From the IMG/VR virus record IMGVR_UViG_3300023119_000004: a stretch of 64,000 nt of DNA; one strand, 5' to 3'. The position numbers and the translations under genes were made by a program. Numbering within the stretch: the first letter of the stretch is position 1; every line of letters starts with the position of its first letter. This DNA comes from a virus (lineage: Duplodnaviria > Caudoviricetes). This document shows, piece by piece, positions 17,384 through 27,900 of this stretch. The notes below the pieces were generated by a model that was given only the letters and a program-made list of their open reading frames with translations, ran no database searches and was not told the origin of the DNA.

Positions 17384-18389
17384 GTACTAAATCCTTGTAT
17401 ATCTCAAGTAGTTTCGCTTTATTAAAGTTATCACTGTCAATTGCTTCAATTTCTTTAGCAACAATTTGGTCTACACTTTCAAATTGTTGAATATCAATAT
17501 CAGAATTGATTTCTTCATCCTTTGTATTTGGAATAAGTGTAATTTCTCTACAATTATAATCCTTAATAAATGTTTCTTTGATAAAAGTTGCTTCTTCAAA
17601 CGATATAGGTAAGTCTAATGTAACCCTAAGATACATTTTAGGTTTAATAAGTGTATCTTTTTCGTCAAGTAGTTGCGACAGTTTTACTGTTCTGTACTTT
17701 GGACAGTTCCACCAGTTAATATATTCTGGCTCGCCGCCCCATTCCAATACCATCATACCACGTTCATCATCCCATGCATCAGCATAGTTGTGTGGAAGTG
17801 CATTACCAATATAGTGTATCGGTCCTTGCACCTGACGTTTATGGAAGTGTCCACTGAACACATATTCTTGATGTTTAAAGTGGTCTGCTTTCAATTCACC
17901 AGTATCTGGCATCTGTACCATTGCGTTCATATAGAAGTTTGGAAGTTCAAAGTGGCCAAACATATATTTGGATTTAATTTTTGAAATATTTTTCCATTCA
18001 TCTTCTACCAACCAAGGCACAAGTGTTACATCATCTTGTGTCATGATTTCATTTACCATGGTAATGCCTTCGATATGCTTACCAAAAGCAATACTATTCA
18101 AATCTCGTTTGTCTTTATAGTATAAATCATGGTTACCAGGAAAGAAATAAAACTTTTCAAATGCTTTACCTAGTTTTTCTAAACATCGAATGGTGTAATC
18201 AAGTGTGGTAATGTTCAAACTGTTTCGGTTATGGTGCCAATCGCCCATAAAAATACCAGTTTCGCAACCTCGTTCCTTTGCTTGATCGATATACCAATCG
18301 ATAAATTCCTCACAATCTTCATTGTGAGTTCTTGAATTAGATTTTAATCCAAAATGGATGTCTGTAAATACTGCAACTTTCTTAAACAC
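17376..18389 (-). CDS. gp47: recombination endonuclease nuclease subunit (SbcD/Mre11-like)
   Basis: Metallophosphoesterase motifs DIH, GDWHH, GNHD, GHF and SGHFHK. GTG start with AAGGA SD. Confidence 0.95.
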   Translation of the reverse strand: MFKKVAVFTDIHFGLKSNSRTHNEDCEEFIDWYIDQAKERGCETGIFMGDWHHNRNSLNITTLDYTIRCLEKLGKAFEKFYFFPGNHDLYYKDKRDLNSIAFGKHIEGITMVNEIMTQDDVTLVPWLVEDEWKNISKIKSKYMFGHFELPNFYMNAMVQMPDTGELKADHFKHQEYVFSGHFHKRQVQGPIHYIGNALPHNYADAWDDERGMMVLEWGGEPEYINWWNCPKYRTVKLSQLLDEKDTLIKPKMYLRVTLDLPISFEEATFIKETFIKDYNCREITLIPNTKDEEINSDIDIQQFESVDQIVAKEIEAIDSDNFNKAKLLEIYKDLVHD

Positions 18390-18413
18390 GTTTTTTCCTT
18401 ACGATAACTTGTA

Positions 18414-18442
18414 ATTGTACCTGAAAACTTCAATGAAGTCAA
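18414..18442 (-). promoter_or_regulatory. sigma70 promoter TTGACT-N17-TACAAT for gp47-gp46
   Basis: -35 at 18442-18437 and -10 at 18419-18414, 17-nt spacer. Confidence 0.75.
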
Positions 18443-18449
18443 CCGGCAT

Positions 18450-19283
18450 TTACTCATTATTCTTTTTGTTTCCGTAATGTTCTGCTTGTTCTCTTTCAAA
18501 TACGCCTTGATTCTGCCTTGTGAAACTTGGATTCATGTTATTCATTTCCAAGATGTCGTCTCTAATGTTTTGATTGCGTTTTTCAATGTTGATAATACGT
18601 ACAAATGAGTTTGTGACTGCCGCTGTGTAGTAAGCAAACGGGTTGTTACTCTTAGATTCATCAAATTGTAAACCAATTTGAGTAAGTTGTAGTATCGCTT
18701 GTCCTCGCATTTCATCATTATAAGTGTATCCTCTCACGTTACCTCTTGTTGCATAACGTTCACACAACTTCATCCACATCAAAGCAAGTTTGTTTGTTGC
18801 TTGGCCGGCCTTAAGATCAAAGTGACCATTCTTCATTCCGCCTTGCCAATGGCTCTTACCAACACACACTAGTTCGTCTTTTGAGTTAAACTTATAGTGC
18901 TGGAAAGGTGGAAAGTTCAATTTTACTTTTGTGTCTGCTACTGTTTTTGGATTTTTCTTACGACCCTTTTCTTCTGGGATATGATCATACGTCATAATTC
19001 TAAAAATAAGTTCGTTTTTTTCAATTTTTCTGTAATCTACTTCGCAATCTGCTTGTTTTACTTTTTCGCCTGCTTCTTTACGTGCTTCGTAGTCTGCTTG
19101 ACTTAGTCTTTTGGCTTTATTACGCTTTGCTTCAGCAATAGTACGTATGTTAATCTTGTCTATACTTGGTAAAATAATATCGTATCGATGGTATTCTTCG
19201 TCTACAAAACTGCAATATGATGTTTTTGACTTATGTATTTCCGCAAGAAGATCTCGGTTGTTTAGGTAGTTTTGTCTTTTCAT
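18450..19283 (-). CDS. gp55: phage late-transcription sigma factor, gp55-like
   Basis: NYLNNRDLLAEI N-terminus, YTYNDEM and FDESKSNNPFAYYT, next to gp47 as in T4-like phages. Start reassigned from 19301 to ATG 19283, because the GGAG SD overlaps the upstream ATG. Confidence 0.8.
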   Translation of the reverse strand: MKRQNYLNNRDLLAEIHKSKTSYCSFVDEEYHRYDIILPSIDKINIRTIAEAKRNKAKRLSQADYEARKEAGEKVKQADCEVDYRKIEKNELIFRIMTYDHIPEEKGRKKNPKTVADTKVKLNFPPFQHYKFNSKDELVCVGKSHWQGGMKNGHFDLKAGQATNKLALMWMKLCERYATRGNVRGYTYNDEMRGQAILQLTQIGLQFDESKSNNPFAYYTAAVTNSFVRIINIEKRNQNIRDDILEMNNMNPSFTRQNQGVFEREQAEHYGNKKNNE

Positions 19284-19313
19284 ATTAAATAAATTCTCCA
19301 TAAGTTACTGTCT

Positions 19314-19342
19314 ATTATAAACTACGTACATAACTTTGTCAA
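19314..19342 (-). promoter_or_regulatory. consensus sigma70 promoter TTGACA-N17-TATAAT
   Basis: Perfect -35 (19342-19337) and -10 (19319-19314), upstream of the sigma factor gene. Confidence 0.9.
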
Positions 19343-19343
19343 C

Positions 19344-19349
19344 TAAATA
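19344..19349 (+). promoter_or_regulatory. late promoter TAAATA for the baseplate operon
   Basis: The same hexamer recurs just upstream of + strand structural genes at 24466, 24937, 43183/43187, 47683, 50516 and 58700. Confidence 0.65.
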
Positions 19350-19370
19350 ATAGTAAGGAGTTAACCAATT

Positions 19371-20264
19371 ATGGGAATAGTTAGAGACAGTAGTGGAAAT
19401 CCAGTAAGAGACAGCAAAGGCAATCCTGTTCGTTCTGGAAGTCCAGATTCACAAGCATCAAATACAAAGCCAGGTCCAAGTGGTCCACCACCACAGTTTG
19501 TAACTGACTTTATTGATTCTTTAGGGTTCGGTAAAAAACTGAGATCAAAGAACCTAGCAGGACTGTTTGATAAAAAAGGCGGCTCTACCAGCAATGTAAA
19601 CTTTAAAGGTTCAAAGCGTGACTGGCGTGTTAAACTTTCAGTTCCGGACAGTTTCAAAGGATCTCCATTGTTAAAGGTTTTAGCAAATACCGGTGGTTTG
19701 GTATTTCCTTATACTCCGACAATTATTGTTGCTCATAGTGCAAACTATAATGCCATAACCCCTGTACATACTAATTATCCTTATTTTGCATACCAGAATT
19801 CACAAGTGGATCAGTTGGTAATTACAGGAGACTTTTTTGTACAAAACGGAGCAGAAGCAGAATATTGGGTAGCGGCAATGCACTATCTAAGATCATGTAC
19901 AAAAATGTTTTATGGCGGAGATGAAGAAACTATTGGTGCACCACCGCCTGTTGTAAAATTAAATGGTTATGGAGATTTTATTTTTAATAATGTTCCTGTT
20001 GTTATTACAAACTTTACAATCGACTTACCTCAAGACGTTGATTATATTCAAACAGGACTTAACGGTGTTACGGTTAAGCGTGGAGAGATCATGACAGATT
20101 TTGAAATGGAAATTCCAACTGGCCCAGGAGTAAGTTGGGTTCCGACACAAAGTTTGATTACTGTAACAGTACAGCCTATCTACAGCAGACGTGAAATTGA
20201 ACAGTTTAGTTTACAAAAATATGTTAATGGATCATATTTAAGTAACGGCAAAGGATTTATTTAA
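19371..20264 (+). CDS. baseplate/tail-tube initiator protein (gp48/gp54-like)
   Basis: GLVFPYTPTI...YFAYQNS and PPPVVKLNGYG...VPVVITNFTIDLP. First gene of the baseplate cluster. Confidence 0.6.
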   Translation: MGIVRDSSGNPVRDSKGNPVRSGSPDSQASNTKPGPSGPPPQFVTDFIDSLGFGKKLRSKNLAGLFDKKGGSTSNVNFKGSKRDWRVKLSVPDSFKGSPLLKVLANTGGLVFPYTPTIIVAHSANYNAITPVHTNYPYFAYQNSQVDQLVITGDFFVQNGAEAEYWVAAMHYLRSCTKMFYGGDEETIGAPPPVVKLNGYGDFIFNNVPVVITNFTIDLPQDVDYIQTGLNGVTVKRGEIMTDFEMEIPTGPGVSWVPTQSLITVTVQPIYSRREIEQFSLQKYVNGSYLSNGKGFI

Positions 20265-20569
20265 TGGCAAAGTACGAAGAATCAAGTCCTTGGAAAAATA
20301 CACCTAATAACGAAACTGGTGAATATCTAGATTTTATGAGGCCGAGACCAGTGCCAGCATCGCCTGATGATGTGTTATATGAAATTGAACCTCAATATAA
20401 CTACAGACCAGACCTACTAGCATATGACTTATACGGAACACCTAAACTATGGTGGGTGTTTGCTCAACGAAACATGGATGTTATCGAGGACCCAGTTTAT
20501 GATCTTAAAGTAGGTACTTCAATTTATCTACCTAATGGATCTACACTAAAGAATTCATTAGGAGTCTAA
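20264..20569 (+). CDS. baseplate wedge protein with LysM-like fold (gp53-like)
   Basis: YRPDLLAYDLYGTPKLWWVFAQRN. TAATG coupling to the upstream gene. Confidence 0.75.
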   Translation: MAKYEESSPWKNTPNNETGEYLDFMRPRPVPASPDDVLYEIEPQYNYRPDLLAYDLYGTPKLWWVFAQRNMDVIEDPVYDLKVGTSIYLPNGSTLKNSLGV

Positions 20570-20570
20570 G

Positions 20571-22913
20571 ATGGCTATCGGCGATCCAGAGTACGAAAAA
20601 AAGAAAAAAGAATCAGGCAAGGGCGAAACAGATCAACTTAATGGTGAAGTTGCTGACTTTGAACATGAAGGTTCAGTATCAAAAACAGATAGTAAATCAA
20701 AATCCGATACTGAGAAAAAAGATACAGTAAAAACTATCAAGTACGAAAACATCAAGAAAGTTAATCTTAAAGATAACGAACTTGAAAGGTTTAGAACTGT
20801 TAACCATCTTTGGAGTTTATACTGTTTAGACAATAACGAATTACGTGATCCTGATAACACCTATATGCTTGAAGGTAAAGAACCTAATGTTGTTGTTATC
20901 AAAGCCGCAGGCGGCACACAAAACGTAGGGTTTCGCAAAGCAACTACTAGTTTAGAAAGACAAGGCGGTAGGGTAGAATACTATATTAATAGTTGTTCTA
21001 TTAATTCTGTTATTAGTCCTAACAGTAGATCTCGTGTAACACAAATGCACCAAGGTTCTTTTACAGTTATCGAACCTTATAGTATGGGACAATTCTTAGA
21101 AGCACTGATGGTTGCCGCTCAAATGGCAGGACATAATAATTATGTAACCGCACCGTTCTTACTAGTTGTTGAAATGGTAGGTTGGGACGATGAAAATAAT
21201 TCACAGCGTATTGGCAGAAGGTGCTTACCTGTTCAGTTATCTGAATCATCAATGAGCGTTGATCAAAGTGGTAGTGTGTATGAAGTATCATTTATTTCAC
21301 AAAACTCCTCAGCATACTCTGACTCAGTACAAAACATTCCACATGATATTACAATTATTGGTAATCAATTAGCAGAAGCATTACAAAGTGGTGGTCAAAG
21401 TTTAACAACTGCTCTTAATACAACACTTCTTAAACGTGAAGAAAAAAATGAAAGGACGTTTGCTGACGAATATATTATTTTATTTCCTAAAGAAGATGCA
21501 CTTCAAAGTAAAAAGTTAGAAACAGCAAAAGAAAATACTGAAGAAGGTGTTGTTAAAGGTTCACAAGAATATTATGCAACAGTTGGAGGAGAAGAAAAAG
21601 GAACAGTTGAAATTGATTACGATGCATGGTTAGCAGACACACTAGGTATTAGTGTAAAAAGAAGTGATCTAAGTGAAGCAGTAAAAGTTCAAGCATTATC
21701 GGAAGAAAACCTAAACGATGTTGGTAAATCAAAACTTGTTTTAGATAAACTACAACCAGGTGAAATTAATCATAGCGGATATGGCAGAGTATATGACCCG
21801 ATCAAAAAAACTTTTGAACAAAAAGGAAATAATATTCCAAGTGATAAGCGAGCCTTTAAATTCCAAAAAGGAACACGTATAACAAATATTATTGAAGAAA
21901 TGGTGTTACAAAGTGAGTATGGTAAAAACTTACTTGAACGTAAAGTTGAAGATGGATATCGTCCGTGGTTCACAGTTCAAGCAATGGTGTTTAATGTTCC
22001 TGTTAAAGAAGTTGAAGCACGTAAGGGTAGACAGCCAAGGATTTATGTTTATAGGGTTGTACCTTATAGAGTTCATGCAAGTACTTGGATGTCGCCAACA
22101 GATGTTGCACCTGACACAAAACCGTTACTAGTTGATGTTAATAAAGAGTACAATTATATGTACACAGGTAAAAACAAAAACGTACTTAACTTTGACATTA
22201 GATTTAACTACAGATTCTTAACACCAGTTCCGCTTGATAATGCCTCTGATACTAAGTCTAAGCAAAATGCAGGCGATAGTGCAACTGCTGACAAACAAAA
22301 TCTTGGAGGTGATACTCCGCAAAAAGAAGGTGATAAAGAAAAACCTAAAGTAGCATTAAAGCCGTTAGTAGGTGCAGAACTAGAAGTGATCACAAGTGGT
22401 ATGAGAGCAGTACCACAGGATACAAAAGATGTAATTGCTAGAACATTCCACAAAGCACTTGTTTACAGTAATGCAGACATGGTGCAAGTAGAATTACAAA
22501 TTATGGGAGATCCGTATTTCTTATCAGATAGCGGAATGGGAAATTACCAAAGTGCCGCAGGAGCAACTTGGTTTGAAGACGAAAACGGTCAAATTGATCA
22601 CGTGCGAAGCCAACAATACATTGTTTTAAATTTTAGAACACCATATGACTATGCTCTTAATAAAGATACAATAGAATTTCCAACAATGATAGATGAAAAC
22701 AACGGCGTAGTTGTTAGAGAATTTAGTGGTTTGTACCAAGTAACAGAAATAACACATACATTCGAAAACAACCAATTTACCCAGACACTTAAATTAAATA
22801 GAATGACTAATCAACAAGAACTTGACACGCCTAAGAAAGCAACAGGTAATAATAATCCTACAGAAGAAAAGGCGCAAGAGAAAAAAACCGCAGGCGGAGG
22901 CAGTGGTAGGTAA
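20571..22913 (+). CDS. baseplate hub protein (gp27-like)
   Basis: Lies between the gp53-like and gp5-like genes. C-terminal IMGDPY...FSGLYQVTEITHTFENNQFTQTL is typical of hub proteins. Confidence 0.6.
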   Translation: MAIGDPEYEKKKKESGKGETDQLNGEVADFEHEGSVSKTDSKSKSDTEKKDTVKTIKYENIKKVNLKDNELERFRTVNHLWSLYCLDNNELRDPDNTYMLEGKEPNVVVIKAAGGTQNVGFRKATTSLERQGGRVEYYINSCSINSVISPNSRSRVTQMHQGSFTVIEPYSMGQFLEALMVAAQMAGHNNYVTAPFLLVVEMVGWDDENNSQRIGRRCLPVQLSESSMSVDQSGSVYEVSFISQNSSAYSDSVQNIPHDITIIGNQLAEALQSGGQSLTTALNTTLLKREEKNERTFADEYIILFPKEDALQSKKLETAKENTEEGVVKGSQEYYATVGGEEKGTVEIDYDAWLADTLGISVKRSDLSEAVKVQALSEENLNDVGKSKLVLDKLQPGEINHSGYGRVYDPIKKTFEQKGNNIPSDKRAFKFQKGTRITNIIEEMVLQSEYGKNLLERKVEDGYRPWFTVQAMVFNVPVKEVEARKGRQPRIYVYRVVPYRVHASTWMSPTDVAPDTKPLLVDVNKEYNYMYTGKNKNVLNFDIRFNYRFLTPVPLDNASDTKSKQNAGDSATADKQNLGGDTPQKEGDKEKPKVALKPLVGAELEVITSGMRAVPQDTKDVIARTFHKALVYSNADMVQVELQIMGDPYFLSDSGMGNYQSAAGATWFEDENGQIDHVRSQQYIVLNFRTPYDYALNKDTIEFPTMIDENNGVVVREFSGLYQVTEITHTFENNQFTQTLKLNRMTNQQELDTPKKATGNNNPTEEKAQEKKTAGGGSGR

Positions 22914-24460
22914 TGGCTGAATTTGATAGAATATCGTTTAATAGAAAACTTTGGACAAGACCAGGACCGTATCTTGCAAAAGTTCTTAACGTGCTTGACC
23001 CAGAATATATGGGTTCGTTATCAGTTCAGTTACTAAAATCAAATGAAGTAGGCGGACCTGATTTATCACAAGCCGGTACATATACAGCAAGATATCTTTC
23101 ACCCTTTGCTGGACAAACAACAAGATCTGGAATTAGTAAAAATGATACTTATAGAGATAGCCAACAGTCTTATGGGTTTTGGGCAATCCCGCCTGATCCA
23201 GGTACTATAGTACTTGTTATTTTTGCAGAAGGAAATCCTAATCAATGTTACTGGTTAGGTTGTATCCAAGACAAATATATGAATTTTGCAATGCCTGGTC
23301 AAGTATCAACATCATACACAACTGATGGAACTCCTGGAGATTTACAAGGTAAGAAAATTCCTGTTGCAGAATATAATAAAGTTTTAGAAGAAGGTCTAGG
23401 ACAAGATCCAACACAGTTTAGAAAACCATACCAAACAGAGTTTGTAAACAATTTAGAAGAACAAGGATTACTTGAAGACGAAGCAAGAGGAACGTCGACG
23501 TCAAGTGCAAGACGAGAAGTACCAAGTGCAGTCTTTGGTATAAGCACACCTGGACCATATGATAAGCGTCCTGGATCACCTAATGAGCGAGTAGGAACCA
23601 CTGCGGATTTTGCAAATATTACACGCTCAAGGCTTGGTGGATCAGAGTTTGTAATGGACGATGGCGATGATAAATTGTTGCGTAGAAGCAACGCTTCATC
23701 GGGCGGTCCTGATTATGCAAAAGTAATGATGAATGAAGATGATGGCGATCCAACATTACCTCATAACGAATTATTACGTCTTAGAACTAGAACAGGCCAT
23801 CAGGTACTTTTACATAATACAGAAGATTTAATTTACATTGCTAACTCAAGAGGAACTGCCTGGATTGAATTAACATCAGACGGTAAGATTGACATCTATG
23901 CAAAAGATAGTATTAGTATGCACACTGAAAATGATTTTAATTTAACAGCAGATAGAAATGTTACTATTGAAGCAGGTGCTAACATTGCAATAAAAGCAAG
24001 TGGAAACTATATAGGAACTAAATCAACACTAGGACAAATTCAAATGGAATCTAGTGCAAACACAAATATACTTGTTGGAGGAGATACTAAAATAACAACC
24101 AATGGCGGTATGCACATTAACACAACATCATATAATTGGTTTACTTCAGGAGGTACAACAGAAATTAAAAGTGGTGCTGATCATATCGAATCAGCGGCAA
24201 ACATTCATATGAATGGTCCATTAGCAACAGAAGCAGGAAAGGTTGGTGCTTTAAATACACACAGTCTTCCAGGTCATGCCGCCCATCCTATTTTAGCACA
24301 AAGATCTCCACAACACGAACCGTGGAATCATCATGAAAATTTAAATCCGTTAGCATTTAAAATTGTAGCAACAGATAGAGACAATGCTGTTACAGTTGCT
24401 AACCCAAATCCAGCAACACCAACGCCGGATCCATTTAGAAAGGATTCAGTGGCTAACTAG
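22913..24460 (+). CDS. gp5: baseplate central spike, gp5/VgrG-like (no lysozyme domain evident)
   Basis: N-terminal OB-like region (YGFWAIPPDPGTIVLVIFAEG), RLRTRTGHQVLLHN, and beta-helix-type repeats. Confidence 0.75.
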   Translation: MAEFDRISFNRKLWTRPGPYLAKVLNVLDPEYMGSLSVQLLKSNEVGGPDLSQAGTYTARYLSPFAGQTTRSGISKNDTYRDSQQSYGFWAIPPDPGTIVLVIFAEGNPNQCYWLGCIQDKYMNFAMPGQVSTSYTTDGTPGDLQGKKIPVAEYNKVLEEGLGQDPTQFRKPYQTEFVNNLEEQGLLEDEARGTSTSSARREVPSAVFGISTPGPYDKRPGSPNERVGTTADFANITRSRLGGSEFVMDDGDDKLLRRSNASSGGPDYAKVMMNEDDGDPTLPHNELLRLRTRTGHQVLLHNTEDLIYIANSRGTAWIELTSDGKIDIYAKDSISMHTENDFNLTADRNVTIEAGANIAIKASGNYIGTKSTLGQIQMESSANTNILVGGDTKITTNGGMHINTTSYNWFTSGGTTEIKSGADHIESAANIHMNGPLATEAGKVGALNTHSLPGHAAHPILAQRSPQHEPWNHHENLNPLAFKIVATDRDNAVTVANPNPATPTPDPFRKDSVAN

Positions 24461-24476
24461 GTAGGTAAATATTGTT

Positions 24477-24914
24477 ATGGCAGATTTATACAAAAATATT
24501 AAGGTTAAAAGTCCAAAGGCTAACAACAATCCCCCGACGACAACTAATCGTGCTTATAAAGGATTGAGTACTGTAAACCCTGAAAATAACAGTACTGTAT
24601 TGTACGATATTGGATTAATTAAACAAGATTTGCTAAACCATTTTCACATAAGACAAGGTGAAAAATTAGAAAACCCGGAATTTGGAACAATTATTTGGGA
24701 CGCAATTCATGAACCTATGACAGAAAGCATGAAAGAAGCAATTACAAAGAATGTTCAAGATATTGTTGACGCTGATCCTAGGATTGTCGTTAATCAAGTT
24801 ACTATAGACACATACGAAAGTGGTATCTTAATTGATTGTGATTTAACTTATCTACCATACAATATTAGTGAAAAAATGCGTATGACATTTGACGACAGTA
24901 TGGGACTGATTTAA
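24477..24914 (+). CDS. gp25: baseplate wedge/sheath initiator, gp25-like
   Basis: IKQDLLNHF..RQGE...PEFGTIIW and DPRI. Confidence 0.85.
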   Translation: MADLYKNIKVKSPKANNNPPTTTNRAYKGLSTVNPENNSTVLYDIGLIKQDLLNHFHIRQGEKLENPEFGTIIWDAIHEPMTESMKEAITKNVQDIVDADPRIVVNQVTIDTYESGILIDCDLTYLPYNISEKMRMTFDDSMGLI

Positions 24915-24962
24915 GTACGTAGTTAACTCAATCAAATAAATACTGTATAATAAGGAAAGCAA

Positions 24963-27900
24963 ATGTCATCGACAAATAGACAAAACAGATTATTAGTTGC
25001 AGAAGATTGGGCCAAAGTATACCAATCTTTCCGTAACGCAGAATTTAAGTCATATGATTTCGACAATCTACGTCGAACAATGATCTCTTATCTTAGAGAA
25101 AATTATCCAGAAGATTTTAACGATTACATCGAGTCAAGTGAGTATCTTGCATTAATCGACCTTATTGCTTTCCTAGGTCAAAACATTGCTTTCCGTATTG
25201 ATCTTAATGCAAGAGAAAACTTTTTAGAACTTGCTTCACGTAGAGAAAGTATTCTGCGTTTAGCACGTTTGTTGTCTTACAATCCTAAACGTAATATTGC
25301 CGCTAACGGCTTGTTAAAAATGGAAAGTATTACAACTAGTGAAGATGTAATTGACAGTAACGGTACTAACTTATCTGGACAAACTATTATTTGGAATGAT
25401 CCTTCAAATTCAAATTGGAGAGAGCAGTTTGATAGAACACTAAATGCGGCACTTCCTAATAACAGTCCGTACGGTAAGCCAATTAAGAAAGACAATGTTG
25501 AAGGAATTCCTACAGACCAATACAGACTTAATGCTTCAAACACTGATGTACCTGTTTACACATTTACAAAAAATGTTGATGGACGTAATTTACAATTCCA
25601 GATTGTTTCTACAGATGTTACTGATGGTATTATTTCTGAAGAAGCACCGTTACCAGGAAACAGTTTAGCATTTTTATATAGAGACGACGGTAGAGGTCCT
25701 GGATCAACTAACTCGGGATTTTTTGCACACTTTAGACAAGGTACACTTGACCAAGGCGAGTTTACAATTAATCGACCTAGTACTAACCAAACAGTAAACA
25801 TTGAAGCAACAAATGTTAATAATACTGACCTTTGGTTATACAAATTAAATTCGGTTGGTGCTGAAGATCAGTTATGGACCAAAGTTGATGCACTTGAAGG
25901 TAACAACATTGTTTATAACAGTACAAGAAAAGACCAAAGAAACGTTTACGCTGTGCTAACAAGAACAGGTGATGCTGTAGATCTTATTTTCTCAGACGGT
26001 ACATTTGGTAACTTACCTAAAGGTACATTTAGAACCTACTATAGAACAAGTGCTAATGATGAGTTTAATATTGTACCTGCAGATATGCAAAGTATTTCAG
26101 TTACAATTCCTTATACTTCTAAAGCAGGAAACCAAGAAACTTTAAACATTACATTTAGTTTAAAGTACACAGTTGATAACAGTTCATTTAGTGAAACAAA
26201 TGCAAGTATTAGAGATAATGCTCCTGCAACTTATTATACACAAAACAGAATGGTTACAGGTGAAGACTATCAAGTTGCACCATTAGCAGTTAGCCAAGAA
26301 ATTATTAAAGTTAAAACAGTAAACAGAACAGCAAGTGGTATTTCAAGATACTTTGATTTATTAGATGCAACAGGAAAATATTCTAGTACAAATATATTTG
26401 GTACTGATGGTGCATTGTATAAAGAAGATACTGTTAATAAAACTTCGTTTACTTTTTCAACAAGAACTGATGTTGAAGGAACTATTGAAAACGTAATTAC
26501 ACCAATCCTTTCACAAACAGAGCAGATTAATTTTTACTTAGACAAGTTTCCTAAAGTATTAGTTGCAGACTTACAAGCAACTTGGAAACAAAATAGCAGT
26601 GGAACAAATTACAGCACAGGTAGTTTAATTGAAACAGCAGATCAAAGATACCAAGTTGGTGTATTTACTGGTAGCGGATTAAGATTTATCGAAGCAGGAA
26701 GTTTGTGTAAATTTACTGCACCAACAGGATATCATTTTAAAGATGAAAAACTAGTAGTTGGACAAGCAAATTACACAGGATCAAAAACATATATGTGGTC
26801 CAAGGTTGTTAGTGTTGCTGGTGACGGCACAGTTGATAACGAGGACGGAACAGGTCCTATTATTTTTAATGATGTAGTTCCTGAAGGTGCAATTCTAATT
26901 GAAATTAGACCTAAGTTTGCACGTTCGTTAGTTGCTGACGTTAAATCACAAATTATTGATCAAATTTTTGCATATAAAACATTTGGGTTAAGATACGATT
27001 ACAGCCAACGTCAATGGCGTGTTGTTACAGAAAATAACTTAGACATTATTGGATCGTTTTCAACTGGTAAAACAGGCGATCTTACAAACCAGCAATTAGA
27101 TGCAAGTTGGTTGCTGTTATTTGAAACAGACGGCGAAACTTATAATGTTGAATATAGAGGACTTCGTTATGTTTTTGAAAGTAACGAAGAAATTAGATTC
27201 TATTATGATAGCAAAAATAAAATTTATGATAATACAACAGGACAGATTATAAAAGACAAAATTAAAGTACTATCAATTAATACTATGCCTGATGATACTT
27301 CTCCGTTCAACCTTGACTATGATTGGCAAGTTGTTAAAGAGTATAGAGATCCAGAAGGATACATTGATAGTAAAAAAGTAGAAGTTGGATTTTTTGATAC
27401 AGATGACGATTCTGTAGTTGATGACCCTGAAACATTTATTCAAGTAGTTGCACCTACAGTTAACCCAACATCTAAATGGGTGTTTACTAAAAAGTATGTT
27501 ACTACTGATAACATTGATGATTACAAATATGTTGATAACGATAGCGAAAATATTACTGTTGTAGAAAACGAAGGACTTGTTGGCTCACTAAGCGGATTAG
27601 CAGACGGTAAAACATTTTATATTGTAGCAACAGATGTGTTTAAAAAATACAACAAAACTTCAGGACTACTTGAATTAACTACAGATTATAGAGCCTACGT
27701 TGGAAGAGATAAAATAAAATTCCAATACATTCATTCTGCAGACGACGATTCAAGGATTGATCCAAGCAGTACTAATATAAACGATACCTATTTATTAACT
27801 AAGCAATATGATACTGCTTTTAGACTGTATTTGTCGGGTGTAACTGCAACCAAACCGTTACCACCTAGCAGTGATGCATTATTCAACAACTATGGTAGTG

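Noticed and set aside
22913-24460. Lysozyme domain in gp5, as in T4
   Set aside because: No T4-lysozyme catalytic motif is recognisable, so only spike function is claimed.
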